The notes below the pieces were generated by a model. That model had not been told where the DNA came from. It worked only from the letters and a program-made list of their open reading frames with translations, and did no database searches. The position numbers and the translations under genes are program-made. DNA of 64,000 nt from Octopus vulgaris. Lineage: Eukaryota. Numbering within the stretch: the stretch's first letter is position 1; the number at the start of each line of letters is the position of its first letter. This document shows, one piece after another, positions 41,464 to 54,537 of this stretch. Location: NCBI GenBank assembly GCA_951406725.2, contig OX597822.1, positions 29,202,001-29,266,000 on the forward strand, in the 5' to 3' direction.

Positions 41464-42207
41464 TTGTCCAACCCATGCTAGCATGGAAAGTGGACATTAA
41501 ATGATGATGATGATGATGATATGTATATATATATATATAATACAAAATAGGACAAGAACGCAAAACATCCAGACTGCAAGGATAATCTGGTGCTTGACTG
41601 AAGAAAGAAATCTTCAAATGACCCATCTTTGATTTCTTTGTATCGTCTATCTGGCTTGTCTTGTTGTCCCTTTTTGTATCACCTAGTTGTCCGGATGTTT
41701 CGCGTTCTTGTCCCATTTTGTATTTTATATATATATATAAACAAACCAACACTGGTTCTCAAGTGGTGTTGCAGAGGGAAAAGCACAAACACAAAGTCAC
41801 GCTGATATGTATACACACACACACACAGTGTTGGTTTGTTTACATTCCTATGAATTAGCATAGCAGTTCAATAAAAGGGACTGACAGAATAAGTGTCAGA
41901 CATAAAAAATAAGTACTGGGGTTGATTTGCTTTGACTAAATCCTTTGAAGCTGTGCTCCAGCATGACCACAATCCAATGTCTGCAAAAAGTAGAAAAATC
42001 TAAAAAAAAGCATTATAAATCTAATCATACAAGTGAATTTTTATGTTATATATAAATTAACAACAAAAGACATGAAAGACTGCTGGAATATTCTACCATA
42101 AATTATAAATAGACATGAAGACATGATTTATTTTGAGTTTTCTTTTTCATCTCAGAGTCATAAAAATCTTGGAATTGTCATTTTAAAAAATTCTTTTCTT
42201 TTTTATT

Positions 42208-42608
42208 CTTTTACTTGTTTCAGTCATTTGACTGCGGCCATGCTGGAGCACCGCTTTTAATCGAGCAACTTGACCCCGGGACTTATTCTTTTGTAAGCCC
42301 AGTACTTATTCTATCGGTCTCGTTTGCCAAACCGCTAAGTAACGGGGACATAAACACACCAGCATCGGTTGTCAAGCAATGCTAGGGGACAAACACAGAC
42401 ACACAAACACATTCACGCATATATATATATATATATACATATATACGATGGGCTTCTTTCAATTTCCGTCTACCAAATCCACTCACAAGGCTTTGGTTGG
42501 CCCGAGGCTATAGTAGAAGATACAAGCCCAAGGTGCCACGTAGTGGGACTGAACCCAGAATCATGTGGTTGGTAAACAAGCTACTTACCACACAGCCACT
42601 CCTGCGCC
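42208..42608 (-). mobile_element. SINE family A, full-length
   Basis: Reverse-complement match over the whole unit. Confidence 0.9.
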
Positions 42609-42671
42609 TTTATATTTTTCTTTTTTTTTTTCATATTTGCAAAATTTTCCAAATTAGTATCAAATTTGATG

Positions 42672-42930
42672 ACAGGGGCCTATTCGCTGCAGCCTAGTTT
42701 CAGCAGTGGATGTTCAGGGCTAAAGCTAACACAAGACCCAAATTCCCTGGGTGAACTTTTGAGATATTTTGGTGGGAGGTAAAAAGTGCATCTTTCTTAT
42801 TATAAGAAAGATGCACTTTTTACCTCCCACCAAAATATCTCAAAAGTTCACCCAGGGAATTTGGGTCTTGTGTTAGCTTTAGCCCTGAACATCCACTGCT
42901 GAAACTAGGCTGCAGCGAATAGGCCCCTGT
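42672..42930. repeat. Perfect palindrome, 129-bp arms, 1-nt spacer
   Basis: Base-by-base comparison: 42672-42800 is the exact reverse complement of 42802-42930. Confidence 0.97.
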
Positions 42931-43526
42931 GTCTTTTATGTCATTGAATCTGGTACATAAGAGGGAAAAGTATTTCATTAAGAGTAAAATATATTGATTA
43001 GGCTTTCATTGATGATGGACCCCACCCCAGAGTCATATGGCCCCCAGTTGAAAGCATTGAGATAATATTAGCTAATGTATGTTTCTTTACCATTATTCTT
43101 TATTTTCTATTCTTTTCTTTTATCCTTTTATTTGTTTCAATCATTTGACGGTGGCCATGCTGGAGCATTGGCTTTAGTTGAACAAATCGATCCCAAGACT
43201 TATTCTTTGTAAGCCTAGTAATTATTCTATCGGATCTCTTTTGCTGAACTGCTAAATATTACGGGGACATAAACACACCAGCATCAGTTGTTAAGCAATA
43301 GTGGGGGGACAAACACACACACACACACACAATGGGCTTCTTTCTGTCTACCAAATCCACTCACAAAGCTTTGGTCAGCCCAAGGTTATAGTAGGAGACA
43401 CTTGCCTATGGTGCCATGCAGTGGGACTGAACCTGGAACCATGTGGTTGGTAAGCAAGCTACTTACCACACAGCCACTCCTGTGCCTATTATATATATTT
43501 TTAGCTAACCTTTTAATTTGCCTTGT

Positions 43527-43690
<164 letters not shown>

Positions 43691-43844
43691 TATTCAGTAT
43701 CTATTTTTCTATGCTTGCATGGGTCAGATAGAATTTTGTTGAAGTAGATGTTCGATGCCAGATGTTTCACAATGTCATGATTTTCAAAAGTAATATGGAG
43801 AGATCAATGACAAAACCATATTTCTGGAGTTAAATTTTTGGTGG

Positions 43845-44480
43845 TAGCAACTTTGTAGACATACTGTTGGAATCCATTCTGAAACATACTAAGCTTCACA
43901 AAATGTGAGTTGGGTCTGTTAAACCATCTCCTAAAAAATGTGGATAAAAACACCATTGTTGTGTCATTTGATGTAATTAACTTTTATACTACTATCCTAC
44001 ATATCTATGAACTAGAAGCCATGGAATTCTGGCTTACAAAATTCCCCAATAAAATTCCAAACTGAATCGAAAAAAAAGACACACTAATTACTGAAGAAAT
44101 AAAATTTACTCTGCAAAATAATTGTTACAAATTAAGTGGCTGCCTTTACAAACAAATCCCTAGGACTGCAATGGTAACAAATGTTGCCCCTACTTATGTG
44201 AATTTACTCATGGCATAACTAGAAGTTTCAGTGTATGAACAATCTAAACCAAAGTATAGTGTCAACTTCCATAAATACTTATAAGAAAATTTAAAAGGTT
44301 ACTTAGATGGATTTCAAAACTCTTTTATACAGTTCCCGATGGAATACAGTCACAATCAATTATTTTTCTTCGATGTTTTAATTATCAAAAAGTTACAAAT
44401 ATTGAATCTAATATCCACTCCAAACTGACAGATTCAAGACAATACTTACCATACACTTCATGCCATTCAAAATACAAGAA
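43845..44480 (+). pseudogene. Penelope-like element reverse transcriptase relic
   Basis: Manual translation from 43916: VVSFDVINFYTTILH…LQNNCYKLSGCLYKQIPRTAMVTNVAPTYVNLLMA*LE, then FFDVLIIK and SKLTDSRQYLPYTSCHSK, matching PLE RT motifs (SFDVxSLYT; YxQxxGTAMG..AP; FLD; KPTD..YL..SCHP). Not in the ORF track. Confidence 0.88.
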
Positions 44481-45003
44481 GAGTATGCATAATCTTTTTG
44501 AAATTTGAATAAACACTCCAAGAATTGAAACAAACAGTACTAAATATTATTCCAAGTGACAAAAGTGAGCCTGTTACTGATAGACCAGACTAACTGATTA
44601 AGGCAAAAACTTTGAAAAAAGAAATTAACTACAAATGGTAAGAAATCTGAAAACATGGGTCATTTTGAATGTTCCCTTTATATGCAGCTAACAAAATATA
44701 TCTTCATTTACCAGCACCACATAGCACCAACCAAAGCCATCATTGCCACACACATGCATGGATGCATGCACTAATGCATGCACACAGGCACACACGCATG
44801 TATGCAGACACATTATAATCATTGCTTAATCTTTTATTTTTTATTTGTTCCTGCTGTGGCACTGCTTTGAAGAATTTTTAGTTGAATAGATCAACCCCAG
44901 TACTTCTATCAATGTCTTTTATTGAATTGCTACAGGGTTGTAAACACACCAACATTGGTTGTCAAGTGATGATGTGTGACAAACACAGACACACACACAC
45001 ACA

Positions 45004-45049
<46 letters not shown>

Positions 45050-45464
45050 GAGTAGAAGATACTTGTCCATGATGGCACACAGTGGGAGTGAACCTGGAAC
45101 CATTTGGTTGGTAAGCAAACTTCTTACCACACAGCCACACTTGTGCCTAATATCCTCTTTTCTGTTCACTAGGTCATTATTTTTAATATGGACACAAGGA
45201 TAGCAATTTTATGGGGACAGGACTAGCCGATAACATCAGCCCTACCTAAGTGCCATTTTATTTTTATTGACCCTGAAAGGATAAAAGGCAAAGTTGACTT
45301 TGGTAAAATTTGAACTCAGAATGTAATGAACTGGGATAATTAACACAAGGCATTTTGACTGATGCGCAAATAATTCTGCCAGCCTGCTACCCATATTGAT
45401 ATTTAACTATCTGATATCTATCTGTTGTCTATATATATATTATATACATGATGTGTATGCATAT

Positions 45465-45641
<177 letters not shown>

Positions 45642-46011
45642 AGCACCGCCTCGACTGGCTTCCGTGTCAGTGGCACGTAAAAAGCACCATCCGAATCGTG
45701 GCCGAAGCCAGTGCCACCTCAACTGGCTTCCGTGCCGGTGGCACGTAAAATGCTCCAATCCGACCGTGACCGATGCCAGCCTCGCCTGGCACCAGTGCAG
45801 GTGGCACGTAAAAAGCACCCACTACACTCACGGAGTGGTTGGCGTTAGGAAGGGCATCCAGCTGTAGAAACATTGCCAGATAAGACCGGAGCCTGGTGCA
45901 GCCTTCTGGCTTCCCAGATCCCCAGTCGAACCGTCCAACCCATGCTAGCATGGAGAATGGACGTTAAACGATGATGATGATGATGTGTGTGTGTGTGTGT
46001 GTGTATGTACC

Positions 46012-46059
46012 GTCTCTGATGAGGGAATATATAAAATATCCCAGAAACAACTGTAAGAC
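46012..46059 (+). ncRNA. Minimal type I hammerhead ribozyme motif
   Basis: gtct-CTGATGA-ggga(a)tat/ataaa/atatccc-a-GAAA-caactg-TA-agac: stem I gtct/agac, stem II hairpin, GUA cleavage triplet; one extra A before GAAA. Confidence 0.65.
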
Positions 46060-46409
46060 CTTCTCTTTATAAATGTTCTGAAAACTATTCACAGCCTTGG
46101 ATTTTTTAAAATCTCATTCTGTTGATTTATACGCGCGCGCACGCATGCACACACACACTCACAGACATGCTGGGCTTCTTTTAGTTTCCATCTATCAGAT
46201 CCACTCACAAAGCTTTGTTGTGCCTTTGGGATATAATAGAACACAATTGTCTGACAGTGGGACTGAACCTGAAATCATATTGTTTGAAAGCAACTTTCTT
46301 AACCACATGGCCCTGTCTGCGCTTGGCTATACATACATGCATACACACATACATGTAAAAGATATACTATGTAATATATTTATATATGTGACAAATATCA
46401 CATACATAC

Positions 46410-46440
<31 letters not shown>

Positions 46441-46560
46441 AATATACACACATACATATATATATATATAAATATACACACATACATATATATATATTTA
46501 TGTTATATTTTAAACATATTTGTTATATATATATATATATATATATATAACAAATCTATC

Positions 46561-46595
<35 letters not shown>

Positions 46596-46959
46596 CATGT
46601 ATTATACACACACACATATATGCATACACACACTGATGTTACTGAAATTTTGAATTAGTTGAATGAAAAAAATTTTATAAATTACATTTGAAGAAACTAA
46701 TCTGAGTTAAGAAATTTTTTCTAAGAATGAAACACACTTGATATCAACTTGCATTTCTTTTATATTGTTTTTGCCTGTTAATGCTTTTGTCATTTAATGT
46801 TTTGAAGAAATAAAGAAAAAAAATAACACTTATGGCGAAACTAAATATCATAATGAAAAATAATAGCAACTAGCAAAATATTTTCTTATGTCATTCACTT
46901 ATGTCTATAGATATATTATGCATTTATTTGTCTTTGGTCTCCCTGTGGTTGACTTTATT

Positions 46960-47028
46960 GCTGGCTGAAATTGGCGCTCAGTTAACCCCCCGTAGAGGTC
47001 ACTTCCGTTTTCTAACTGGGTCATCATC
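46960..47028 (+). promoter_or_regulatory. Probable core promoter / 5' UTR of the RasGAP gene
   Basis: Shift from AT-rich to CpG-containing sequence; ETS-type ACTTCCG at 47001-47007; atcATGG start context. Confidence 0.55.
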
Positions 47029-47080
47029 ATGGCAGGACTTGCCGATGTACGGGTCGAAGAGAGTTTACGGATAAAAATCG
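47029..47080 (+). CDS. RASA3: First coding exon of a GAP1-family Ras GTPase-activating protein (RASA3/RASA2/Gap1-like); start of the C2A domain
   Basis: MAGLADVRVEESLRIKI-G aligns with the RASA3 N-terminus as I recall it ([24 protein letters not shown]); strong phase-1 donor G|GTGAGT at 47080/47081. No exon 2 (EAKNL-like) found in the window. Confidence 0.82.
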
Positions 47081-48984
47081 GTGAGTATGTGAGAGAATGT
47101 TCGAATGTTCACTTATGTTTTATTTCAGTCGTTCAGCTTTTGACCCGTCCGTCCGTTCTTAGTGTCCAAAACTTGTTGTTATTTCAACATAAACAGAAAA
47201 ACTGTCGCCCAAATATCAAAAATCATGTGCGGGCCGAAAACAGAGCAGCAGCAGAAAGGGAGCGAGAGAAAGATAAAGAGAGAGGAGGAGGGGATGAAAT
47301 TAAAAAAAAAAGAAAGAAATAACATTACACGGCGTAAACAACACACTGTTGCGAAAAAAAAAAAAGGAAAAAAGAATAGGGGTGGGCTTGCTTTACCTAA
47401 GTTATCTCTCTCTAACGTTTTATTGATATCTCTCAATATTATATTATGTCATTTTATTTTCTTCTATACAGACAGACTTTGCATCGTCTATTTATTTATT
47501 GGTTTTCTCATTCCTCTGTCTTTCAAACAACTCAACTGTTGCTCGTCCGTTGAGGTTGTTTTCGTTTGTCGCCCGCCGTGGGGCCCCGTCTATTCGTTTG
47601 TCAATATTTGTCTTCTTTTAGTTTTGTTGTTAGGTGCTTCTTTTCTCTCTATATATATGTCTCTCACTCTCTTCTTTAATTGTCTGTCTCTTTTCTGTGT
47701 GTATATCGTATATTTTTGCCTGTTCTCTATAATTGTCTCTCTCTCCTTTCTATATGTACCTCTCTTTTTTCTATAAGTGTCTTTCTTTTCTGTATTGGCC
47801 TTTCTCTTTCTTTATTTGTCTTCCTATCTTTACTCTTCTCGTCTCTCTTTGTATATGTCTCTTTTCCTCTCTACATATTAATCTCTCTCTTCCTCTGAAA
47901 ATTAGTCTTTTTCTCTGTATATTTATCACTTCGTCTGCATTTCTCTCTCTCTTTCGTCCTCTATGTTAAGCCTTTTGTCTATCTTATTCTTTCTGTAATT
48001 GTCTTTCTCTCATTCTCTGTAAATTCATCCCGTTCCCTCTTTCTCTGTATATATTTGTCAGTCTCTTTTTTTCTTCCCCTTTGTATATTTGTCTCTCTTT
48101 CTCTCTCTCGTCTCGAGTATATTTGTCTATCTCAATGTATTCATTGCTTATGTTATTTTACCACAGACCTTTATTTTTTAAAGTGTGATTAACAGATAGT
48201 ACATAACTGGTTAACCGATAGTATATATATATATATATATTACTGTAAGATTTAACCATGTCAAATGCCTGTCATAAACACACACACACATGTATATATG
48301 ACAGACATTGACAACATGTGAAAGAAAGGCACAGACTTCACTATGTTGACTTGAGAATACCGGTTCTTACACGTTTAAAATTTACATACATATACATACA
48401 TTGTGTCTGTTTGTGAGTGTACATGTTGCTCTCAACTACATTGAAAACAATGAAAACAGTGTTTTAAACCAATAGCATGCATGTTTGTATGTGGGTAATA
48501 TGTGTTTAATATATGTATATATGTATATATATGCGTGTATGTGTGTGTGTGTCAGTATTTTTTAAAATCCCACATACATACTGGTTGCATGTTTGGATGG
48601 CTAAAACTGTGGCCAGATCGGCTGTTTGTATATATGTATTTTGAAATTGTTTTGAGGTACAGAAAAGTTTAAAAAAGAAAAGGTGTGGGGTGTGTGTGCA
48701 TTTATTATTGTTACTGTCCGACATTTAGAAAATTCATCGTTGTGACTTTTACAAAACAAACCAAAGTACACACACGCAACTCAAGCACACGCATCTTACA
48801 AGCAAGCACACACACACGCACGTGTGTTTCTTCTGCCTGTATGTATATATGTATGTGTGTGTAAGAGAGAGAGAGTGAAGGGGAATTTTGTGTATACATA
48901 TGTGCAGCTCTGCCAGTGCACCCATGCTTCGCGCTTATGTGCGCACTTATGCACGTGTCATACGGCTTACATACACATTTAAAC

Positions 48985-49471
48985 TGAATCCCTTGTGTGC
49001 GTGTATATATATATATATGTATGTATGTATGTATGTATATATGTATGTATGTATGTGTGTGTGTGTATATATGTTTGTGTGTGTATATATGTTTGTGTGT
49101 ATGTATATATGTATGTGTGTATATATATATATGCATGTGTGTATATATATATGCATGTGTGTATATATATATGCATGTGTGTATATATATATGCATGTGT
49201 GTATATATATATGCATGTGTGTGTATATATATGCATGTGTGTGTATATATATGTATGTGTGTATATATATATGTATGTATATGTATGTGTGTATATGTAT
49301 GTGTATATATATGTATGTGTGTATATATATGTATGTGTGTATATATATGTATGTGTGTATATATATGTATGTGTGTATATGTGTGTGTGTATATATGTAT
49401 GTGTGTATGTATGTGTGTATATGTATATGTATGTATGTATGTGTGTGTATGTATATATATATATATATATA
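48985..49471. repeat. Compound (TA)/(TG) micro/minisatellite including 20-bp tandem units
   Basis: tatatatatatgcatgtgtg repeated around 49120-49240. Confidence 0.95.
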
Positions 49472-50712
49472 TCACTGTACATATATAAAATGTGTGTTTG
49501 TGTTTTGTTCCAGGTCAACCCTACTCATGTAAACGGTTCTTGTAACATTTTTAAATGTTACGACGGGACTATTCACCTTTTTTTTTTTAAGACGGTTCGA
49601 TGATTATATTGGAGTGAAATTCGGCTGCTATTTCTTATTGATCTGCTAGCAGCATAGAGATTCTCTCATTAGTTAGGATGCATATTTGAGGGAGATTTGG
49701 TTGCCATTTCCAACAGATCGGTCAGCCGCATAGAGATCCTCCGCCCCCCCCCCCACATTGGCTTAAGAAAACAGGATGGTTATTTGAAGGAGTCTTTGGC
49801 TACTCTTTCTAGCAGGTCGGCTAAGCCGCATAGAGATTCCGTCGTTGGTCCGTTGAGGGAGATTTAGTTACTATTTCTAGCCAACAGGTCGGCTAGCCGC
49901 AAAGAAATTCCCTCGTTTGCTGTACATTTAGGGCTTCAAAGCCTAAAATATTCGACGGAAGGGGAAAAAAAAAAAATATCATTCTTCAAAAGATTTATTT
50001 CTGAAAGAACCCTCGACATTGTGGGTCTGGGACACATTTTAGGGTAAAAAAAAAAAATCTACATGTAAACTTTTTCACTCTGGAAATAGAGATTCATTAA
50101 ATTTTCTAACGTACATATAACCATTTCCTCTCCATTTCCTGCAAACATTTTATCAGTTTCTCTTCCTTTCTCTTTTGTTTGTTTATTTATTTATTTTTTT
50201 TCTGCTTTTTTAACTTATCAAATCACACTATATACATACACCCACATCATTTGTATAGTTTTCCCCTTCTGTCTTTCTCACAAAACATCCACTCGCGCGC
50301 ACTTTGTATGCGCGCGTGTGTATGTATGCATGTTATGTATGTATGTATGTATTCGCACATACACTTCAGTGTGTGTGCGCATATATATGTTATGCATGTA
50401 TGTATGTATGTATGTATTGTATGCTATGTATGTCTGTTACGTATGTATTGTATAAAACACACCCGTGAATATGTGTGTGCGTGTGTACCATTTATCTAAC
50501 AGATTAGATGCTGTCCGATTCTTTCTTCGGGAAGGGAAAAGTCTTTTTTTTTTTCCATTCTTGTCCTGAAGCCTAAATTTTTTATATTTCTTCGAATATA
50601 TGCCAAATATAATGTTGAATGTTTCATAACGTCTCTCTCTCTCTCTACACTCACACAACGTTCATCCTCTCATCCCTCTAAATGTATGCGTGCGCTTACA
50701 CACACACACACA

Positions 50713-50940
50713 CAAGTGGGGGGGGGGTGCTGAAAATTTTCTGGTTTTGGGTAAAAGAAAATACAAGAGGATCAGTTAATTATGATTTTATTTCAACACA
50801 TTCCTCTCTCAGATTCACACACTTATTGCCGCGGTCCTTCGGTTTTTTTCTAAACCTTGTAAAAGAACTCGGAAAGTTGGTCCTTCAACCAGGCCTTTCG
50901 CTTACCCTTAAAAACCAGGTACTTTTCAGCAGCCAGCTCG
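50713..50940. mobile_element. Mariner-derived MITE
   Basis: ggtgctgaaaattttctgg … ccaggtacttttcagcagccagctcg-TA; degenerate TIRs. Confidence 0.55.
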
Positions 50941-51036
50941 TATAATTATTTAATGTTCATTTTCCACGCTGGCATGGGTTGGACGGTTTCATAGGATCTG
51001 TCGAGCCGTAGGACTGTGTCTAGCTCCAATGTCAGC

Positions 51037-51067
<31 letters not shown>

Positions 51068-52881
51068 AACATTTCTCCCCTTCACTAATATATCCAGATA
51101 GATTTCTCATATCTACACTTCCTATTTTTCTCTCTCATTAGTATATAAGAAAATAATCGTCTCTCTCCCTCTGTGGATTCAAGTTTAACATATGCACGCA
51201 CGTATATCTGTCTGTGTTCTGTAAGTTAGTCCGAGGAGGAGGGCTTTGTACATGTACGTATGTGTGTGAGTTGAGAGAGAGAGAGAGAGAATGTGTGTGT
51301 ATGTGTGTTGTAATAGAGATGTGTACGGTTTTTACACATTTCTGTAACTTTGTCCAATTATTATCTATATACCTATATTAATTTTACCATTCTATCTCTT
51401 TAGCACAAAATCGACCTGCTAGAAATAGCAACCATAACTCTCATATCTCACCCTAAGGTCTTCGAAAATATGCTACATCGGATAACGTAATCCGAGATAT
51501 GTTATTCTTTCTTTTTTTTTTAAAGACTGTATAGTCACGGTTGTAGCGTCAGTCTAATTCATAAATACTGAATATTGAACGATTTTGAATAAATACCGTA
51601 TTTACTCTTGTATAGGTCGCACCCCTATTTTAGTGTCAAGTCATGGTACAAAAAATTTTCCCTTAGTTTTAGCTTTGCCTCGTGTATAAATCGCACTCCA
51701 GTTTTTTTTTTTAATTGAAAACTAAAGTTTAAAATAGTATGCTTTATATATGAATAAATAGCATATATTTTTCTTTCTTTTCCACACATGCGCGGTACTT
51801 TTGGTAAATATTCTACTATAGCTCTGGGCCGACCAATGCCGTGTGAGTGAATTTGGTAGAAGTATATGTATGTATGTGTGTGTCTGTCTCCCACCATCGC
51901 TTGACGATCAATGTTGTTTTGTTTACGACCCATTTTACGTAGCGGTTCGTCAAAAGAACCAAACTTTAAACTAAGTACCAAACTTTAAAAAAAAAAGTGC
52001 TGGGATCAGTTTGTTCGATTGAAACCCTTCAAGACAGTGCCCCAGCATGGTCGCTGTCCAGTCATCATTATCTTCATTATCATTTAACGTCCGTTTTCCA
52101 AGCTGGCTTGGGTTGGACGATTTGACAGCAGCTGGGCAAATCAGAAGATTACGCCAAGCTTGGGTGTCTGAAACAAAAGATACACACACACACACACACA
52201 CACATATGGCATAGATAGGTAAAGAGAAATTTTGTGCCTTTCCTTTATTCCACCCTTCCCCGTTGTTATGATATGATGGAAATGTAATGGTTCCAGTCGA
52301 GGACTGGAATCAGGTTGCAGATATTACTCTGGTGCTTTGCTGTGGTGTATTATCAACCCATCTGTCACACCCTATGCTAACCTACCCTAAACTACAAATA
52401 AATTACAACATTGTAACTTTATTACTCTGTCAACAGTCTGTGTGTTATCCAAACCAACTTTTTTCATTGGTGAAATATTTGACATTTCCTTCTTCTTACT
52501 TCCGTTTTATTTCTATTTACTCCACTCCTTTATTCCTTACCAATATGCTACCACTTAGCTAATTTAGGTGTTTATTCAGTCAGGTCACACATAACCCATA
52601 CCAATATCTTATAATACTGTTTCTTTCTGTTTACTGTACCTACCTATTTTTTTTTTTGTCAAAATATTTCAGTGAAAGATTTTTTTTAATAATTTCTATG
52701 TCTTTCTTCTATGTTTGTGGCTGAGTGGTTAACACTTTAGATACCAACCCACACAAAACCACGCCTGATTCAGTGATAGGGTATGTGTAAGAGACCAGAC
52801 ATGGCCTGGTTGAGCATTTGACAAGTAGAATATTATGGCTGGATATGGCCAGTTTAAAAGCTAAACAGTTAAAGTGATCTA

Positions 52882-53380
52882 CAGGGTGTTTGGGCTAAAT
52901 TTGACAGTTTGCATAAAAGGAAAAGAAAATAATATGTCATCCAATAATAAAAGTATTCTAAAAATTCTAAAAATAGTCAAAGTATCTGCCCTCAACTTCT
53001 ACCACAGCCTCAAGACTGCTTCAGAACCTGGTGTATGTGTTCCTTACTGTGACCCTGGGAAGATCTTTGTATATCTCCTTGACCTTGGCCACTAACTCGG
53101 CCTTGGTGTTTCAGGCAGAGTGGTTGATATCTTTCTTCACCATACCCCATGCATAGTAATACATGGGATTACAATAGGGGCATTTAAGAGGCCAGAAATA
53201 AGGGCTGGTGAAGTCGTAGAAGTTCTCTGACAATCACTTCTGACTTTTTCAGGAGGTATGGTAAGGAGCTGAATCCTCCTCCCACACATGTTGTCTTCCT
53301 GCATCAACCCTCCCCAGCCAGGTTTTGACCTCAGTATCCAGCAGCTTCATATAACTGTTTAAATTGAGGCTAAAGGCTCT
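52882..53380 (-). pseudogene. maT (DD37D) Tc1/mariner transposase remnant with one terminus
   Basis: Minus strand VWEEDSAPYHTS*KSQK*LSENFYDFTSPYFWPLKCPYCNPMYYYAW: 37 residues between the second D and the position of the third (mutated to Y); TA-cagggtg terminus at 52880. Confidence 0.78.
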
Positions 53381-53581
53381 GGTGTGCAGATGCAGCCAGA
53401 ATACCTGCTGTGTCCCTTGCTGCTAGACACGGCTTCGCTGTCTCTGTTGCAGCTGTCTGTGTCATGTCTTAGAGCTTTTACAGTGTTCACAGAGCATTGA
53501 GGAGCAGTCATGATTTTGGCATTTTGATACCTGCTGCAAATCATCATGATACAGATAACTCTTTCCAGTATGTGTGTGTGT

Positions 53582-53918
53582 GTGAGGGCACATGGCTCAG
53601 TGGTTAGAGCGTTGAGCTTACGATCCTGAGTTTGTGAGTTCGAATCCCGAACCGGGCTGCGTGTTGTGTTCTTGAGCAAGACACTTTATTTCACATTGCT
53701 CCAGTTCACTCAGCATTAGAAATGAGTTGTGACGTCACAGGTGCCAAGCTGTATCGGCCTTTGCTTTTCCCTTGGATAACACTGGTGGTGTGGAGAGGGG
53801 AGGCTGGTATGCATGGGTAACTGCTGGTCTTCCATAAACAACCTTGCCTGGACTTGTGCTTGGGAGGGTAACTTTCCAGGTGCAATTCCATGGTCAGTCA
53901 TGACCGAAGGGGGTCTCA
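53582..53918 (+). mobile_element. SINE family D (tRNA head plus CORE-like segment)
   Basis: A-box tggctcagtgg, B-box gagttcgaatcc, gtgttcttgagcaagacact. Other copies at about 15230-15662(-), 28410-28728(-), 57715(+). Confidence 0.85.
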
Positions 53919-54206
53919 GCATGTATATGTTTGTATGTATGTATGTATGTATCTATCCATCCATCCATCTATCCATCATCATCATCATATGTCCGTTGTC
54001 CATGCTGGCATGGGTTGGACGGTTTGACCAAGCCTGGCAAGCTGGAACGATGCACCAGACTCCAGTCTAATTTGGCATGGTTTCTACAGCTTCCTAATGC
54101 CAACCACTCTGAGAGTGTAATGGTTGCTTTTATGTGCCATTTGTGTGGCACCAGTGTCTGCTACAACTGTGATTTTATTTGACTCGATGAGTCTTTGTAT
54201 AAAAAG

Positions 54207-54537
54207 AGTCCCTTCAGTTACGAATGACCATGGGATTGTACCTCGAAAGTTACCCTCCCAGGCACAAGTCTGGGCAATATTGTTTATGGAAGACCAGCAG
54301 TCACCCATGCATACCAGCCTCCCCTCTCCATGCCACCAATGTTGTCCAAGAGAAAGGGCTAAGGCCAATACAGCTTGGCACCAGTGAAGTCGCAATTTAT
54401 TTCTACAGCTGATGGAACTGCAGTAACATGAAATAAAGTGTCTTGCTCAAGAACACAACACACAGCCTGGTCCAGGAATTGAACTCACTACATCATGATT
54501 GTGAGGCCAATGCTCTAACTGAGCCATGCACCTTCAC
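54207..54537 (-). mobile_element. SINE family D, inverted relative to the 53582 copy
   Basis: Reverse-complement similarity over the whole unit. Confidence 0.85.

Noticed and set aside
47081-47776. Continuation of ORF 47029..47322 and ORF 47162..47776
   Set aside because: Read-through past a strong GTGAGT donor into low-complexity intron sequence; RasGAP similarity stops at the donor.
49500-49545. Acceptor-like ttgttccag as possible RasGAP exon 2
   Set aside because: The phase-1 reading gives QPYSCKRFL then stop, with no EAKNL-like C2 sequence.
51596-51797. Possible Tc2/pogo-like MITE starting TA-ccgtattt
   Set aside because: Only one convincing terminus; the other end matches too poorly.
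53590-53660. tRNA-like sequence with A and B boxes
   Set aside because: No closed acceptor stem, and it continues into a SINE body; treated as a SINE head, not a tRNA gene.
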